Part shown: positions 36,696 through 48,770 of the stretch, piece by piece
How the letters are laid out: each line of letters begins with the position of its first letter
Position numbering within the stretch: position 1 is the stretch's first letter
Assembly (NCBI GenBank): GCA_030390025.1
Contig: CM059432.1
Span: 112,780,001-112,844,000 of the forward strand
Source: Squalus acanthias
Taxonomy: Eukaryota
Reading direction: 5' to 3'
Length of the DNA: 64,000 nucleotides
Notes under the pieces: model-generated
Databases searched by the model: none
What the model was told of the DNA's origin: nothing
Seen by the model: only the letters and a program-made list of their open reading frames with translations
Program-made: the position numbers and the translations under genes

Positions 36696-36851
36696 CAAAT
36701 TTTGTTCATTGTTAATTTTAAGTCTGAGATTGATAGGTATTAAGGGATATGGGCAAAAGCGGATATATGGAGTTAGGTCACAGATTAGCCAGGATCTCAT
36801 TAAATGGCGGAACAGGCTCGCGGGGCTAAATGGCCTACTCCTGTTCCTATG
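36696..36851 (+). mobile_element. Short CR1 3' end
   Basis: tttaagtctgagattgatag..ggaacaggctcgcggggctaaatggcctactcctgttcctatg matches the 3'UTR at 25920-26078. Confidence 0.85.
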
Positions 36852-37311
36852 GGCAGTGCATCAGGAGGCTGTGCTTCTCCAAGCAGGCTGTTGCAGACCT
36901 CTACAGCCTCCTGCAACATGACTTGCTATCTGCTGGAATGGGGAACCTGCTCATTTCCTTGCCCTGAAAACTTACACAGAGACTGTCTGTTTAACAGTCT
37001 TTATTACATCCTAACCACTCCCTTAATCATGCATAAAAGAACATTCAAACTGTTCAGGCAACATTTATATCAATGGCACTATGACAATGCACTCAGAAGC
37101 TGCTATTAAACCACAATACAGACCAAAGTGCCAAATGTGGCAACAGTGATTAATTTAATGGCAAACAGAGTAAATGCCTTCTATTCATTTCTCACCCAAG
37201 TTATCAACACATGGTGCCTTTTTCACTCCTACAAGGTGCTCCTTTAGTGGCCTCAGCAGAGCCGGTGGAAGGCTGCTGTTCCTCATGTTGGAACCCTTGA
37301 GATGTTTGTGG

Positions 37312-37364
37312 CCAGTGACTTCTGGGTGCTGGAGCCAGTGACTTCTGGGTGCTGGAGCCAGTGA
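37312..37364. repeat. 23-bp tandem duplication
   Basis: About 2.3 copies of GCCAGTGACTTCTGGGTGCTGGA. Confidence 0.85.
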
Positions 37365-37667
37365 GTGTCTGGCTGCAGACTGCTGCATCTCGGCTGCTGC
37401 CGAGCAGTCTGGTCCAGCCGACTTGCTGACACTATGCCGGGTGCTGGTTAAGGGGTTGATGAAGGAGCAGACATGCTAAAATCCTGAGAGGGCAACACAT
37501 ACTGCTCCCATTGTGCCACTGCCACTCCCGTGGGGCTCGGGCTCATCACTTGCACTGACTCCGCCACCCGTCTTGGTCCTCTCACTCGCAATATATGCTG
37601 TCTTCTGCTACAGAAAGAGAGCAGGAGAGTTAGGTAGTGGCTGTTGGAAAGTTAAGTGGAGATGGAT

Positions 37668-38433
37668 GGCCCAGAAATTGGACTTCGATGGTTGCCGCGG
37701 GGGTAAGGATCCCCCGCGATATCGCACTCCACGCCTGCCTTTATGGTATTGGCCCACACGAACTTCAGTTCCTGGGCCTCTCCCTGGTGCCGGCGCGCAG
37801 TGTGTGCGTGTCCCAGAGGCGCAGTTAGTTCGATGCGACCTCTGGGATCACGTGGGCCAGTTAGAGCCAATGGCAGCACACCATCATTCATTCATAGTTT
37901 TGACAGGAAGAGCTGTCAAAGCTATGAATACAACTTGCCCCCAAAAGAACAGCTAAACCTCAATTAAATTTTTTTTAAAAACCATCACATTAATAAAATA
38001 ACTATAGTTAAATAAATTAACCACTTTAAACAAAAATTTAAATTTTTGAAAAAATTTAAATTCTTTTTAAAAGTTATAAAAATAAACTTACCTTTCTTTA
38101 AAGTCTCTAAAAAAGATAAACCTGTTGAAAAAAATTTAAAATAATACTTAATTAACTACTTACCTTGTTAAAAGGGGGTCTTACGCCTCCTTTCTTCATG
38201 TGTAAAATCTTCAACACTTACCTTCGCGTTCAAACCTGAAAAAAAAACTAAGTGTGCTGCGTGCACACAGCCTGTAGTGCGCACGCGGTTCACTTAGGAA
38301 CCGCCCCCTTCGCAATATCGGAAGTGCCGGTTTCCCACGCATGCACAGTGCATGCAGGAAACCGGCACTTCGGGACCGAATATGGGTGAGTACACAGTGC
38401 GTACTCTCCCGTATTCGGACGAATTTCTGGGCC
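37668..38433. mobile_element. Harbinger-type MITE inside the Myb intron
   Basis: Perfect 12-bp TIR GGCCCAGAAATT; same family as 31184 and 48006. Confidence 0.88.
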
Positions 38434-40719
38434 GTGATGTGCATATAGTGCATGTGTTGAGAGCTGGAGAAGAAGCAAGATGTATGTAATGTGAAGTAAG
38501 GCAGCAGTGCTGGGAGGAGTTGCTGGTTGTGCAAGTGTGGATGTGAGAAGAGAATGGTGTTAGTGTAGTGTGTGGGTGTGAATAGACCAAAGGAAGAGTT
38601 GTGTTTGGAATGAGAAAGAGAGGGTTTGCAGTAAGCCCTTGTGGTTGTATGCTGAAAGATACAGATGATAGAGGGGAGGGAATTGTTGCGAGTGGTAGGG
38701 GATGGGGTGAAAGGAGTGTTGTCAGGTGTTGTTGAGAGAGGTGGAGAGATGAAGAGCTCTACTCACCGTTGCAGCTCTTGTGAGGTCATTGAACCTCTTC
38801 CTACACTGAAGCCAGGTCCTGGGGCTGCTTTGGTGCCACTGAACCTGTCAGCTACTTCTGTCCTGGACTGCTGGATATTGGTCCTGGAGATGTTCTTGCG
38901 GCTTCAGGGGAACAGTACCTCCCTCCTTGCACCAGGATGCCCAGAGAAGCAATACAAAACCAGGGGGTGGGGGTGCCCTTCTACTCATTTGCACTGCCAA
39001 AATATTAAAATGAAAGTGGAGACTGCAACTTCTATTGAAGAGGTTCCTCCCTGCTTTAAATAGACCTCGGAAGGTGCACTAGAAATTGCGCACGTCCTGT
39101 GGATGGGCTACTCGATTCCCAACACGAGGGGAGAGCAGCCCATCACTCAAATGGAAATGAGGCATAGGAAACAAAATTGCTCAGGTCTCACACTGATGAT
39201 ATCATGGGAGCTTCCTGCCGCCCACTTTGCACCCAGATTAAAATTGGGGTTGTAGATTCTGAACACCATTACTGTATCAATAATTACTTTACTTTCATCC
39301 CTGGAGTCTAGAAAATTGGTAATGGGAGTCTGAATAGACTTTTATGGGCTGAATCTTTTTTTGAAATTGTTGCTCTCAACAGAAGCCTTGCCCACTGAGA
39401 GCACACAGTTGTAAAATTAGCCCTCTAGTGTCAGATTCCTCAGTCTACTAGCCCCTGACAGTCTTGTCTGACCGACGAGCTAATTGAGTGCTGCGCAGTC
39501 TGTTATACCAAGGATGGGAAAGAGGAGTATGTTGGAACTTGGTCATAGTGAATTTGAATATTGGTTTGCACTGTACAAATTCCTTTTTCCCAATTATTAA
39601 GTTACCATATAATCTATTTACAACAAACAAAATTTCTCTCTTGAAAGGTTGAGTTGTGCTGTTCAGTTTAAGTTATTGACATAACCTGCTGCCGAGCCAC
39701 TGTGCAGTACACATTCTGCCAAGAACAAACTGCCCATAGTGAATTCCAGTACTGCCAGCAGGCTACAGCAGCTAAGACAGTATTGCTGCTGTTAGTCTGA
39801 GCATTTGGCCTAGCAAAAGTGTGAAATTAATAAGCGTTGATAAAGTTAACATTTCATGCGAGTCAAATGTTTTCTTCTTTTAAACATCTGCAGGGAATAG
39901 GAGGGACTGGAGTTTATCAGCTGACATCAGAACTACGGAAGAATATTGAGTATGCTTGACTGTCAAAGTCTGTCACAATGCAGTATCACTGCAGAAAATC
40001 ATATTATTACAGTATTAAAACAAAATTGTACCCTAAAGGAACATACAAGCCAGCACAAAGCTGAAGCATAATTATGCTTTCCTCTAATAATTAAAATTAA
40101 AAAAAGATTAATAAATTATCTTTCATTAAGCAGAATAAGAGGCGGTTTGCAGCAATGTAGCATGCCATGGTGTGTTTTAAGAAGATATCAAGATAGATAG
40201 GGAAACAGATCCTAAAGATGCTATAAAAGTAATATAGACACACACAGCGACATGTACACAACAAAAAGACACAGATGTTTATACGTAATGTATACGAGAC
40301 AGCAAGGATATGCCACTGGTAGTGCAATGTTGTAACAGTTCTTTCACAAGTTCCATGACCCATTTGTGACAGTCTTTTGTATGAGCGGCATACTGTCAAC
40401 GGTGCAATGCCCTACCTACTCTATGAGTTTTCTTTTAAACATGGTCTGGAACGTGTTATCCAGTGCAGTGCAGTTTGCAACCATTTCTATCTTCCCTACA
40501 GTTAATTACACTGTTCCTGGGCCGTGGAATTGCTGCGAACACCTCCAGAATAAATACGAGGTTGTGAATAACCTGGTATATAACAACTCATGTAGCCTTA
40601 TAAAATCCGTCTGCCACTCGTGCTACATTCGGTTACCTCATCGCACTTTGAAGTGTGTATTGAGAAGCAATCTCAATGAACTTGTGAAGCACAAAAAGCT
40701 GAGGCAGCTCTTTGTACAG

Positions 40720-41000
40720 GTTAAGTCCCAACAGTGCTTGTGGGCCTCTGTATTCTTGACCGAGGGAAGAAAAAAACAGCCACGATTCCTGCTCCTGGTA
40801 ACTATTCCCTGACTCCTGCTCGAAAGGGCTCAAATATGGGTGTTGTTTGAAAAGATGATCAGAGCTGCTGATTTGCACTGTCTAGGCTTTCATGGAACAA
40901 ACAGTCATGTTGGGGAAGTACTTGAGGACAACTGGTGCCTCTGGAATCACAGCCTCGCACAAGTCAGCACCTTCAGGAGAGGAGGGAAAAAAGAATTTGT
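40720..41000 (+). mobile_element. Old SINE-like repeat (family of 2825 and 42870)
   Basis: cagccacgattcctgctcctgg..gtcagcaccttcaggagaggaggg. Confidence 0.55.
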
Positions 41001-41439
41001 AGGTGGAGAATAACTAATCGATAGATAAAAAACATTACTAATTCATTCTGAGGGGTTCATGTAGCATGCTGGTTTCTGAGGTTGTCTGAACCCCTCCATT
41101 GAGTTACTAGCTTGTAGCTCTCTGGCAGCTATTCAACTTTCAGTGTGTATTTCAGCACTTCAGCAACCATCAGAAAATGACAACATGATAAACAAATTAT
41201 AAAATGCTTTAGGTAATTTCATGATACTCCTGCCAGCCTACACAACAGTTAATACAAAGGTAATTTACACAGCATATCATTAAATCTTGAACAATTGGCC
41301 TGCTCTCAGTATATATAATTTACCAATAATACATTATTTTGAATTCTGTACTGATTGTGGGGTGTCATATACTTTCTTTATGAAGTAGCTACCGTGATTA
41401 TAGACACAAATAAGACAATATTCTCTGCTCCTGCTATTC

Positions 41440-41702
41440 CATCATCCATAATGGCATACTGGCATCTACCCGACAAAGCGGAAAATTGCCCAGATATTTC
41501 CTGTCCAAAAAAAGCAGAACAAATTCAAACCAACCAATTACCGCCCCATCAGCCTACTCTCAATAATCAGCAAAGTGATGGAAGGTGTCATCGACAGTGC
41601 TATCAAGCAGCACTTATTCAACAATAACCTGCTCACCAATGCTCAATTTGGGTTCCGCCAAGACCACTCGGCTCCAGACCTCATTACAGCCTTGGTCCAA
41701 AC
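41440..41702 (+). mobile_element. LINE RT fragment (CR1/L2 group)
   Basis: Frameshifted KIAQ..NYRPISLLSIISKVMEG..AQFGFRQDHSAPDLITALVQT. Confidence 0.75.
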
Positions 41703-41703
41703 A

Positions 41704-41825
41704 TAAAGAAAGAAAGATTTGCATTTATATAGCGCCTTTCACGTCTTATTGGACGACCCGAAGCGCTTTACAGCCAATGAAGTACTTTTTTGAAGTGTAG
41801 TCACTGTTGTAATGTAGGAAACGTA
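41704..41825 (-). mobile_element. Deu-SINE 3' tail fragment
   Basis: aaagaaagaaagatttgcatttatatagcgcc. Confidence 0.75.
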
Positions 41826-41979
41826 CTTCTCAGTGTGCACCTGCTCATGAGGTGTGCAGGATTATGAGACTGGGGCCCCATTAGGCCCCTTCTGCTTCAT
41901 TTATGTGTCAGCACATGCTGCTTCATCAATGACCTTCCTCCATCATAAGGTCAGAAATGGGGATGGTAAGAACAACCTA

Positions 41980-42616
41980 AGAACAACAACAATTTTCATT
42001 TATATAATGCCTTTAACAACAATAACAAAAACAACAACAACTTGCATTTATATAGCGCCTTTAACGTTGCAAAATGTCCCAAGGCACTTAACAAGAGCGT
42101 TATCAATAAAAACAATTTTGACACTGATCCGCAGAAGGAGATATCAGGATAGATGTCCAAAAGCTTGGTCAGAGACGTAGGTTTTAAGGAACATCTTAAA
42201 AGAGGAGAGAGAGGTAGAGAAGCAGAGACACGTTAAGAGAGGGAATTCCAAAACTTAGGGCCGAAGCAGCTGAAGGCACAGCTGTCAATAGTGGAGTGAA
42301 AAAAATCAGGGATGCGCAAGGGCCCAGAATTGGAGGATGCAGAGATCTCGGAGGGTTGTTGGGCTGGACAAAGTTACAGTGATAGGGAGGGGTGAAGGCC
42401 ATGGAGGGATTTGAAAGCAAGGATGAGAATTTTTAAATCAAGGCGTTGCCAGACAGGGTAGGTCAGCAAGCACAGGGTTGATAGTTGAATGGGACTTGGT
42501 GCGAGTTAGGATTTGGACAGCAGAGTTTTGGATGAGCTCAAGTTTACAAAGGGTGCAATGTGGGAGGCTGGCCAGGTGAGCATTGGAATAGTCAAGTCTG
42601 AAGGTAACAAAGGACC
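41980..42616 (-). mobile_element. L2 3' portion with duplicated tail
   Basis: Two (AAC)n-catttatata tails; minus ORF RLDYSNAHLASLP..LELIQNSA. Confidence 0.85.
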
Positions 42617-42869
42617 CTAACCCCATCCTAAGGCATCCCTAAGAAAACCCTGAGCGGTGTAAAGGGGTGGGGGGGCGGTGGGGGGGGGGGGGCAGTGGCG
42701 GAGAGAATCATTGCCACAACAGTTTTGTCCCTTTAGATCTGCTTTACACCCAGCAAATGAACATTTGTCAGGCTCAGAAGAGAGGAAAATCAGTCCTAAT
42801 AAATTAAACTCAGTCATTCACTGCTTCACTCATCCTGGTTCTGTTTCTTCTGAATAATTTTAAATTAAA

Positions 42870-43280
42870 TAGCTCTTCTGCTGATTGCAGCAGGGTGGCA
42901 ATCAAGGTGCACAGTTGGTTTTAACACCTCTGGGGCAGGGAGGGGCAGTTGGCCACAATTTCCTGCTGCTGGTTATTGTCTAGTGATCCACTAACTTGAT
43001 TGTGGATCTTGGGTGAGGACAGGATCAGGCTCAACCCTGATGTCTCCATGTATAACTAGCCTGTGATCATAAAGTTCTTGCTTCTCTGGATTTGATATGA
43101 AGCTTATTTCTTTAAACTTGTTTCCAGCCTTTGGATTTTTATCAGGACGGTACTCACTGTTCAGATTCATACTAGAATGGTTATTTGGGCAAGCGACTGG
43201 AGGGCTGTTAGTTGCATGAAATGGTAACGAGATCAGCACCTTCAAGAGAGCATAGGAGGAAAGAAAATTGACGAAAAATA
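42870..43280 (+). mobile_element. Old SINE-like repeat (family of 2825 and 40720)
   Basis: gggaggggcagttggcc..ttcctgctgctgg..gtgaggacaggatcaggctc..gatcagcaccttcaagagag. Confidence 0.55.
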
Positions 43281-43799
43281 GTTAAATAACGTAAGTCTGT
43301 TCAGGCAATAATAGCATTGTGCTTTTCCAGTATATTGGTAGTTAGCACACACAAAAAGGGAGGTAGCTATTTTGTCACTATTGATTGCTAATTAGTAGAG
43401 ATTAAAAGAAAAACAGAATGCTGTAAATTCGAAATAAAACAGAAAATATTAGAAATATTAGCCGGTCAGTGGCATTTGAAAGAGAACGTTTGGCTGATGT
43501 TTTGTGCTTTTCAGGTAGCCAGTTAATGTTGACTATTGGTCCTTGAAATTAATATGTATGGTACTTTCATATTATTAACTGAAGACTAGATGGCCCCTGA
43601 AGGGAGTAGCAGATTGCGGCAATTACACCCCAAGGTCTTCTCTTGTATTACTTTGTTATTCTTGTTGGGAATATTCTAGAGGAGTTTAATAGGCAGGTTA
43701 GAGTGTCTGGAAATAAAAGCAGTTAGTTATTACTACACTATTCGGAGTGTTTCTTTGGACATAACAGAAATGAATATTCCTTTATTGTCTTAGTAATAG

Positions 43800-44340
43800 T
43801 ATTTCACATCTCATTCTTGAAAGTACTGTCATGAATTCATGTTGTACTGTTACCCTGCTCCAGTAAAATTTGTATGGAAACAGCATCAATAATGGTGGAA
43901 ACCTTCATCTCATGTTCTTGCAAAACCCATCCAACAGAGAACAGCAAAATATATGTGCACTCTACCCTGTCAAAAGGCTTTGCCTTATCTTGAGAGACTG
44001 TCAAGGGTAGAATATCAAGGAATGGACAGGAGTCTATTAAATTAATAAGCTGCTGGATGTTGTCTGAAGAGTTACAGTTCTTCCTAAATCCAGTGTGATC
44101 ATGGTGGACAAGGTTTAAACCTGCAGACTCCAAATACACAGCCAATACTTTGGATAGGATTTGAAATTTCATGTTGAAGAGAGTTAGGCTTGTAGCTAGT
44201 GAAATGACATTTATCTTTCCTCTTCTTTGGAGATTGACAAACAGGAGACAGCCCGAAGAAGCCTGATAAAGAATTATACCTGAAAAGGCAGAGAGAGGAA
44301 CAAGGTCAGCTTGGACTATAACGCTGTATTAGGCTAGTGT
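43800..44340 (-). mobile_element. Ancient L1/Tx1-clade RT remnant
   Basis: ILSKVLA..LVHHDHTGF..SDNIQQLINLI..SQDKAKPFDRVE resembles the L1 motif series KILA..DQ.GF..SLDAEKAFDRVEW. Confidence 0.7.
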
Positions 44341-44556
44341 GATGGTGACCTCTGAACTTTGTTTTGATTATGTGGGAACCTTTGACTTTCAAGTTATTTT
44401 AATTACTCCATCCTTGTTCCATATTATTGAACAGAATTAGCATTAATATAGTCAGGTAAAGATAAATGCATCAGCTTCACTGGAAAAGTATGAGTCCTAA
44501 ATCAGTGCCGTCAGATATATTGGATAAAAAAGCACTTCCATTAACAATGATCAGCA

Positions 44557-45355
44557 GGCTTAATCATTTTGCCGGCGCTCAGGGGGCAGGTTTGAAGGCG
44601 GGACCGCTGGCAAAATAGCAAAGATTGACAGCGGGCAGGAAACCCGCTGTCAACCCGCCTCCAATCAATCTTCCCAAGTGCCGGGTCCCCGATTTGCGCA
44701 TGGACCTGACACCTAGCGGCGGGAAGAGGATTATAGCCACTTAACTGCCTGTTAACAGGCTCTTTTTCAATTTTGACACTTCTACTTCGGGCTTCCCGAC
44801 GTCCGGACACCACGCCAGGCAAGTGTGGCGTGTTGTGAGTCTGCTGTAATGTTTCTGCATTGATGACAGCTGCAGAAGTGGTGTGAAGGATCAAATGGTG
44901 CACTGGTGAGTTTTAGACGTAAGAAAATGTTGGGAAATTCCTTTTTAATGCATTTAGACTTTTCTGTAGGTAACAAGTTTTGAATTGTATGTGTAGTCCC
45001 ACCTCATTGGGAGAACCTCTCTCACCAATGACATCGCTTCTGTAACCTCACCGGCAGCTGCCATCTGTTCTAGCCTAAGGAAGGAGTCACTGGATGCAAG
45101 GGTGCAAGAGCTCACCTGTGAACAGTGATTGTCAATGTTTGCAGCACCTCAATGCTGTCAAACATTGAGAAATCAGCTGTCAAAAAAAATTGTGCGTGGT
45201 CCTTTTAAGAAAACTGGCAGATGACGCAGGGCGGGCTTAACAAGGCCAATTGACGTAAAATTACGTCTGTGGGCCGGATAAAGTTGGGGGCGGGACTGGA
45301 ACCCGGAAACCAGCTGACACGCTCCGAAGCCGCATCGATCGAGAAAATCGCAGGC
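44557..45355. mobile_element. Non-autonomous Harbinger derivative, sister of 22629-23468
   Basis: Colinear with 22629-23468, including the same internal junction; right end AAAATCGCAGGC. Confidence 0.8.
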
Positions 45356-45507
45356 AAGATGACCAAAGTCATGATCTCAGAAATGTGTACACCAATTTAG
45401 GAACTGTATTTCTTAAATATAACTTTTTAAACTGTCATTCCTATCACTGCTCAATGGCTTTTGCGGGGAGGGAGAAAAACACATTGTTGTGTTTTGGTGG
45501 GAAACAG

Positions 45508-45918
45508 TAGCATAGTGATTATGGTACTGGACTAGTAATCCAGTAAGACCTGGAGTAATGATCCGGGGACATGAGTTCATAATCCCACCACGGCAGATGG
45601 GGAATTTAAATTCAGTTAATTAAATAAATCTGGAATAAAAAGCTAGTATCAGTAATGATGACCATGAAACTACCGGATTGTCATAAAAACCCAACTGGTT
45701 CACCAATGTCCTTTGGTGAACGAAATCTGCCGTCCTTACCCGGTCTGGCCTATATGTGACTCCAGACCCACAGCAATGTGGTTGACTCTTAACTGCCCTC
45801 TGAAATGGCCTAGCAAGCCACTCAGTTGTATAAGGTGGATCACCAGCACCTTCTCAAGGGCAATTAGGGATGGGCATTAAATGCTGACCTTGCCTACGAC
45901 GCCCACATTAAAAAAAAA
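45508..45918 (+). mobile_element. tRNA-derived SINE (second family)
   Basis: A-box-like taggcatagtga, B-box-like gagttcataatccc, LINE-like 3' end and A tail; sister copy at 56255. Confidence 0.8.
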
Positions 45919-45938
45919 TTGTCAAAGCACACCAACAG

Positions 45939-47857
45939 CATAGAATCATAGAAGATAGGAGCAAGAGTAGGCCATTCGGCCCCTTGAGCCTGCTCCGCCA
46001 TTCAATGAGATCATGGCTGATCATCCAAATTCAGTACCCTGTCCCTGCCTTCTCCCCATATCCCTTGATCCCTTTAGCCTTAAGAAATATATCCAACTCC
46101 TCCTTGAATATATTTAATGAGTTGGCCTCAACTGCCTTCTGTGGTAGAGAATTCCACAGGTTCACCACTCTTTGGGTGAAGAAATTCCTCCTCATCTCTG
46201 TCCTAAATGGCTTACCCCTTATCCTTAGACTGTGACACCTGGTTCTGGACTCCCCGGCCATCGGGAACATCCTTCTTGCATCTGGTCTGTCTAGTCCTGT
46301 TAGAATTTTATAAGTTTCAATGAGATCCCCTCTCATTCTTCTAAACTCCAGCGAGTATAAGCCCAATCGACCCAATCTCTCCTCATACGTCATTCCTGCC
46401 ATCCCAGGTATCAGTCTGGTGAATCTTCGCTGCACTCCCTCCATGGCAAGAACATCCTTACGTCTGTGGCGACCAAAACTGCACACAATACTCAAGATGT
46501 GGTCTCACCAAGGCTCTGTACAACTGCAGCAAGACATCCTTGTTCCTGTACTCGAACCCTCTCGCTACGAAGGTCAACATACCATTTGCCTTCTTAACCG
46601 CCTGCTGCACCTGCATGCTTACCTTCAGCGACTGGTGCACAAGGACACCCAGGTCTCGTTGCACTTCCCCTTCTCCCAATCTATTGCCGTTCAGATAATA
46701 ATCTGCCTTCCTGTTTTTGCCACCAAAGTGGATAACCTCGCATTTATCCACATTTTACTGCATTTGCCATGCATCTGCCCAATCACCCAACCTATCCAAA
46801 TCATACTGGAGTTTCTCGGCATCCTCCTCACAGCACACACGCCCACCCAGCTTTGTGTCGTCTGCAAACTTGGAGATATTACATCTAGTTCCCTCGTCTA
46901 GATCATTAATATATATTGTGAATAGCTGGGGTCCTAGGACCGATCCCTGCGGTACCCCACTAGTCACTGCCTGCCACTCGGAAAAAGACCCGTTTATTCC
47001 AACTCTTTGCTTCCTGTCTGCCAACCAGTTCTCTATCCAAGTCAGTACCCTGCCCCCAATCCCATGTGCCTTAACTTTACACGCTAATTTCTTGTGCGGG
47101 ACCTTATCGAAAGCCTTCTGAAAGTCCAAATACACCACATCCACTGGTTCTCCCTTATCTATTTTACCAGTTACATCCTCAAAAAATTCCAGTAGATTAG
47201 TCAAGCACGATTTACCTTTTGTAAATCTATGTTGACTTTGACCGATCCTGTCACTGTTTTCCAAGTGCTCTGCTATTACATCTTTTATAATGGACTCTAG
47301 CATTTTCCCCACTACCAATGTCAGGCTTCCCCGTTTTCTCTCTACCACCTTTTTTGAATAGTGGGGTAACATTAGCTACCCTCCAATCCATGGGAACTGT
47401 TCCAGAGTCTATAGAATTTTGGAAGATGACCAGTAATGCATCTACTATTTCTAGGGCCACTTCCTTAAGTACCCTAGGATGTAGATTATCAGGCCCTGGG
47501 GATTTATCGGCCTTCAATCCCGTCAATTTCCCTAACACCATTTCCCTACAAATACTGATTTATTTCAGTTCATCCCTCTCATTAGACCCTATGTTCCCCG
47601 ACATCTCTGGGAGGTTATTTGTGTCCTCCTTTGTGAAGACAGAACCAAAGTATGTATTTAATTGGTCAGCCATTTCTTTGTTCCCCATTATAAATTCCCC
47701 TGATTCTGACTGCAAGGGACCTATGCTTGACTTCACCAATCTTTTTCTCTTCACATATCTATAGAAGCTTTTACAGTCAGTTTTTATGTTCCCTGCAAGC
47801 TTACTCTCATACTCTATTTTCCCCCTCTTAATTAATCCCTTTGTCCTCCTTTGCTGA
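45939..47857 (-). mobile_element. 5'-truncated young CR1 (~1.9 kb)
   Basis: Minus ORFs with [39 protein letters not shown] and the C-terminus; tail catagaatcatagaa. Confidence 0.95.
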
Positions 47858-47889
47858 TAGTTTAAATACTAGTTGCTATTGTCTGTATT

Positions 47890-47994
47890 AACAGGGTTAG
47901 TTGAAGTAGGGTGGGAGGAGGCTCAGGTGGAGCATAAAAACACCTATTGGGCCGAATGGCCTGTTTCTGTGCTGTAAATTCTATGTAAGTCTAT
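47890..47994 (+). mobile_element. Short CR1 3'UTR plus tail
   Basis: gggtgggaggaggctcaggtggagcataaa..gggccgaatggcctgtttctgtgctgtaaattctatgtaa; same subfamily as 17080 and 62600-62733. Confidence 0.85.
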
Positions 47995-48005
47995 CCAAAG
48001 ATATT

Positions 48006-48770
48006 GGCCCAGAAATTCGCCTCTCCGGCTTGCCGCGGGGGTAAGGATCGCACGCGCACTTACCTACCGCGCCTGCCGTTGTGTTTTGGGCCCACGGGGA
48101 CTTCAGCTCCTGGGCCTGCTCCAAGTGCCGGCGCGCAGTGCTTGCGTGTCCCAGGGGCGTAGTTAGTGCGATGCGTCCCCTGGGATCACGTGGGCCATGG
48201 AGAGCCAATGGCAGCAGACCATCTTTCATTCATAGATTTGACAGGAAGAGCTGTCAAATCTGTGATTTGAAATCGGCCCCAAAAGAACAGCTAAACTTAA
48301 AATAAATTTTTTAAAAAACCATCACATTTATAAAATAACTATAGTTAAATAAATTAACCACTTTAAACAAAAATTTAAATTTTTGAAAAATTTAAAATAC
48401 TTTTCAAAAGTGATAAAAATAAACTTACCTTTCTTTAAAGTATCTAAAAAAGATAAACCTGTTGAAATTTTTTTTAAATTATACTTAATTAACCACTTAC
48501 CTTGTTGAAAACGGGTCCTGCGCCTCCTTTTTATAAGCGTAGGTTCTTCACTACTTACCCTCCCGTAGAAACCTGAAAAAAAATCTAATTTCACTGCGTG
48601 CGCGCAGCCTCTACCGCGCACGCGGTTCACCTAGGAACCGCCCCCTTCACCAGACCAGAAGTTCCGGTTTCCCGCGCATGCACAGTGCATGCAGGAAACC
48701 GGCACTTCGGGACGCATTACGGGTGAGTACGGACTGTGTACTCACCCGGGAAGGGCCGAATTTTTGGTCC
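48006..48770. mobile_element. Harbinger-type MITE with AT-rich core
   Basis: GGCCCAGAAATT / AATTTTTGGTCC ends; ATT TSD; internal hairpins (ccggtttcc..ggaaaccgg; cgggtgagtac..gtactcacccg). Confidence 0.9.

Larger units (their letters stand above)
36852..39251 (-). mobile_element. Decayed Harbinger element, mainly the Myb gene (exon 1 ends 38767, exon 2 starts 37607)
   Basis: WLQCRKRFNDLTRAAT|GTGAGT; acceptor ttctgtAG then QKTAYIASERTKTGGG; terminus-like TTAAAATTGGGGT near 39250. Confidence 0.75.
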
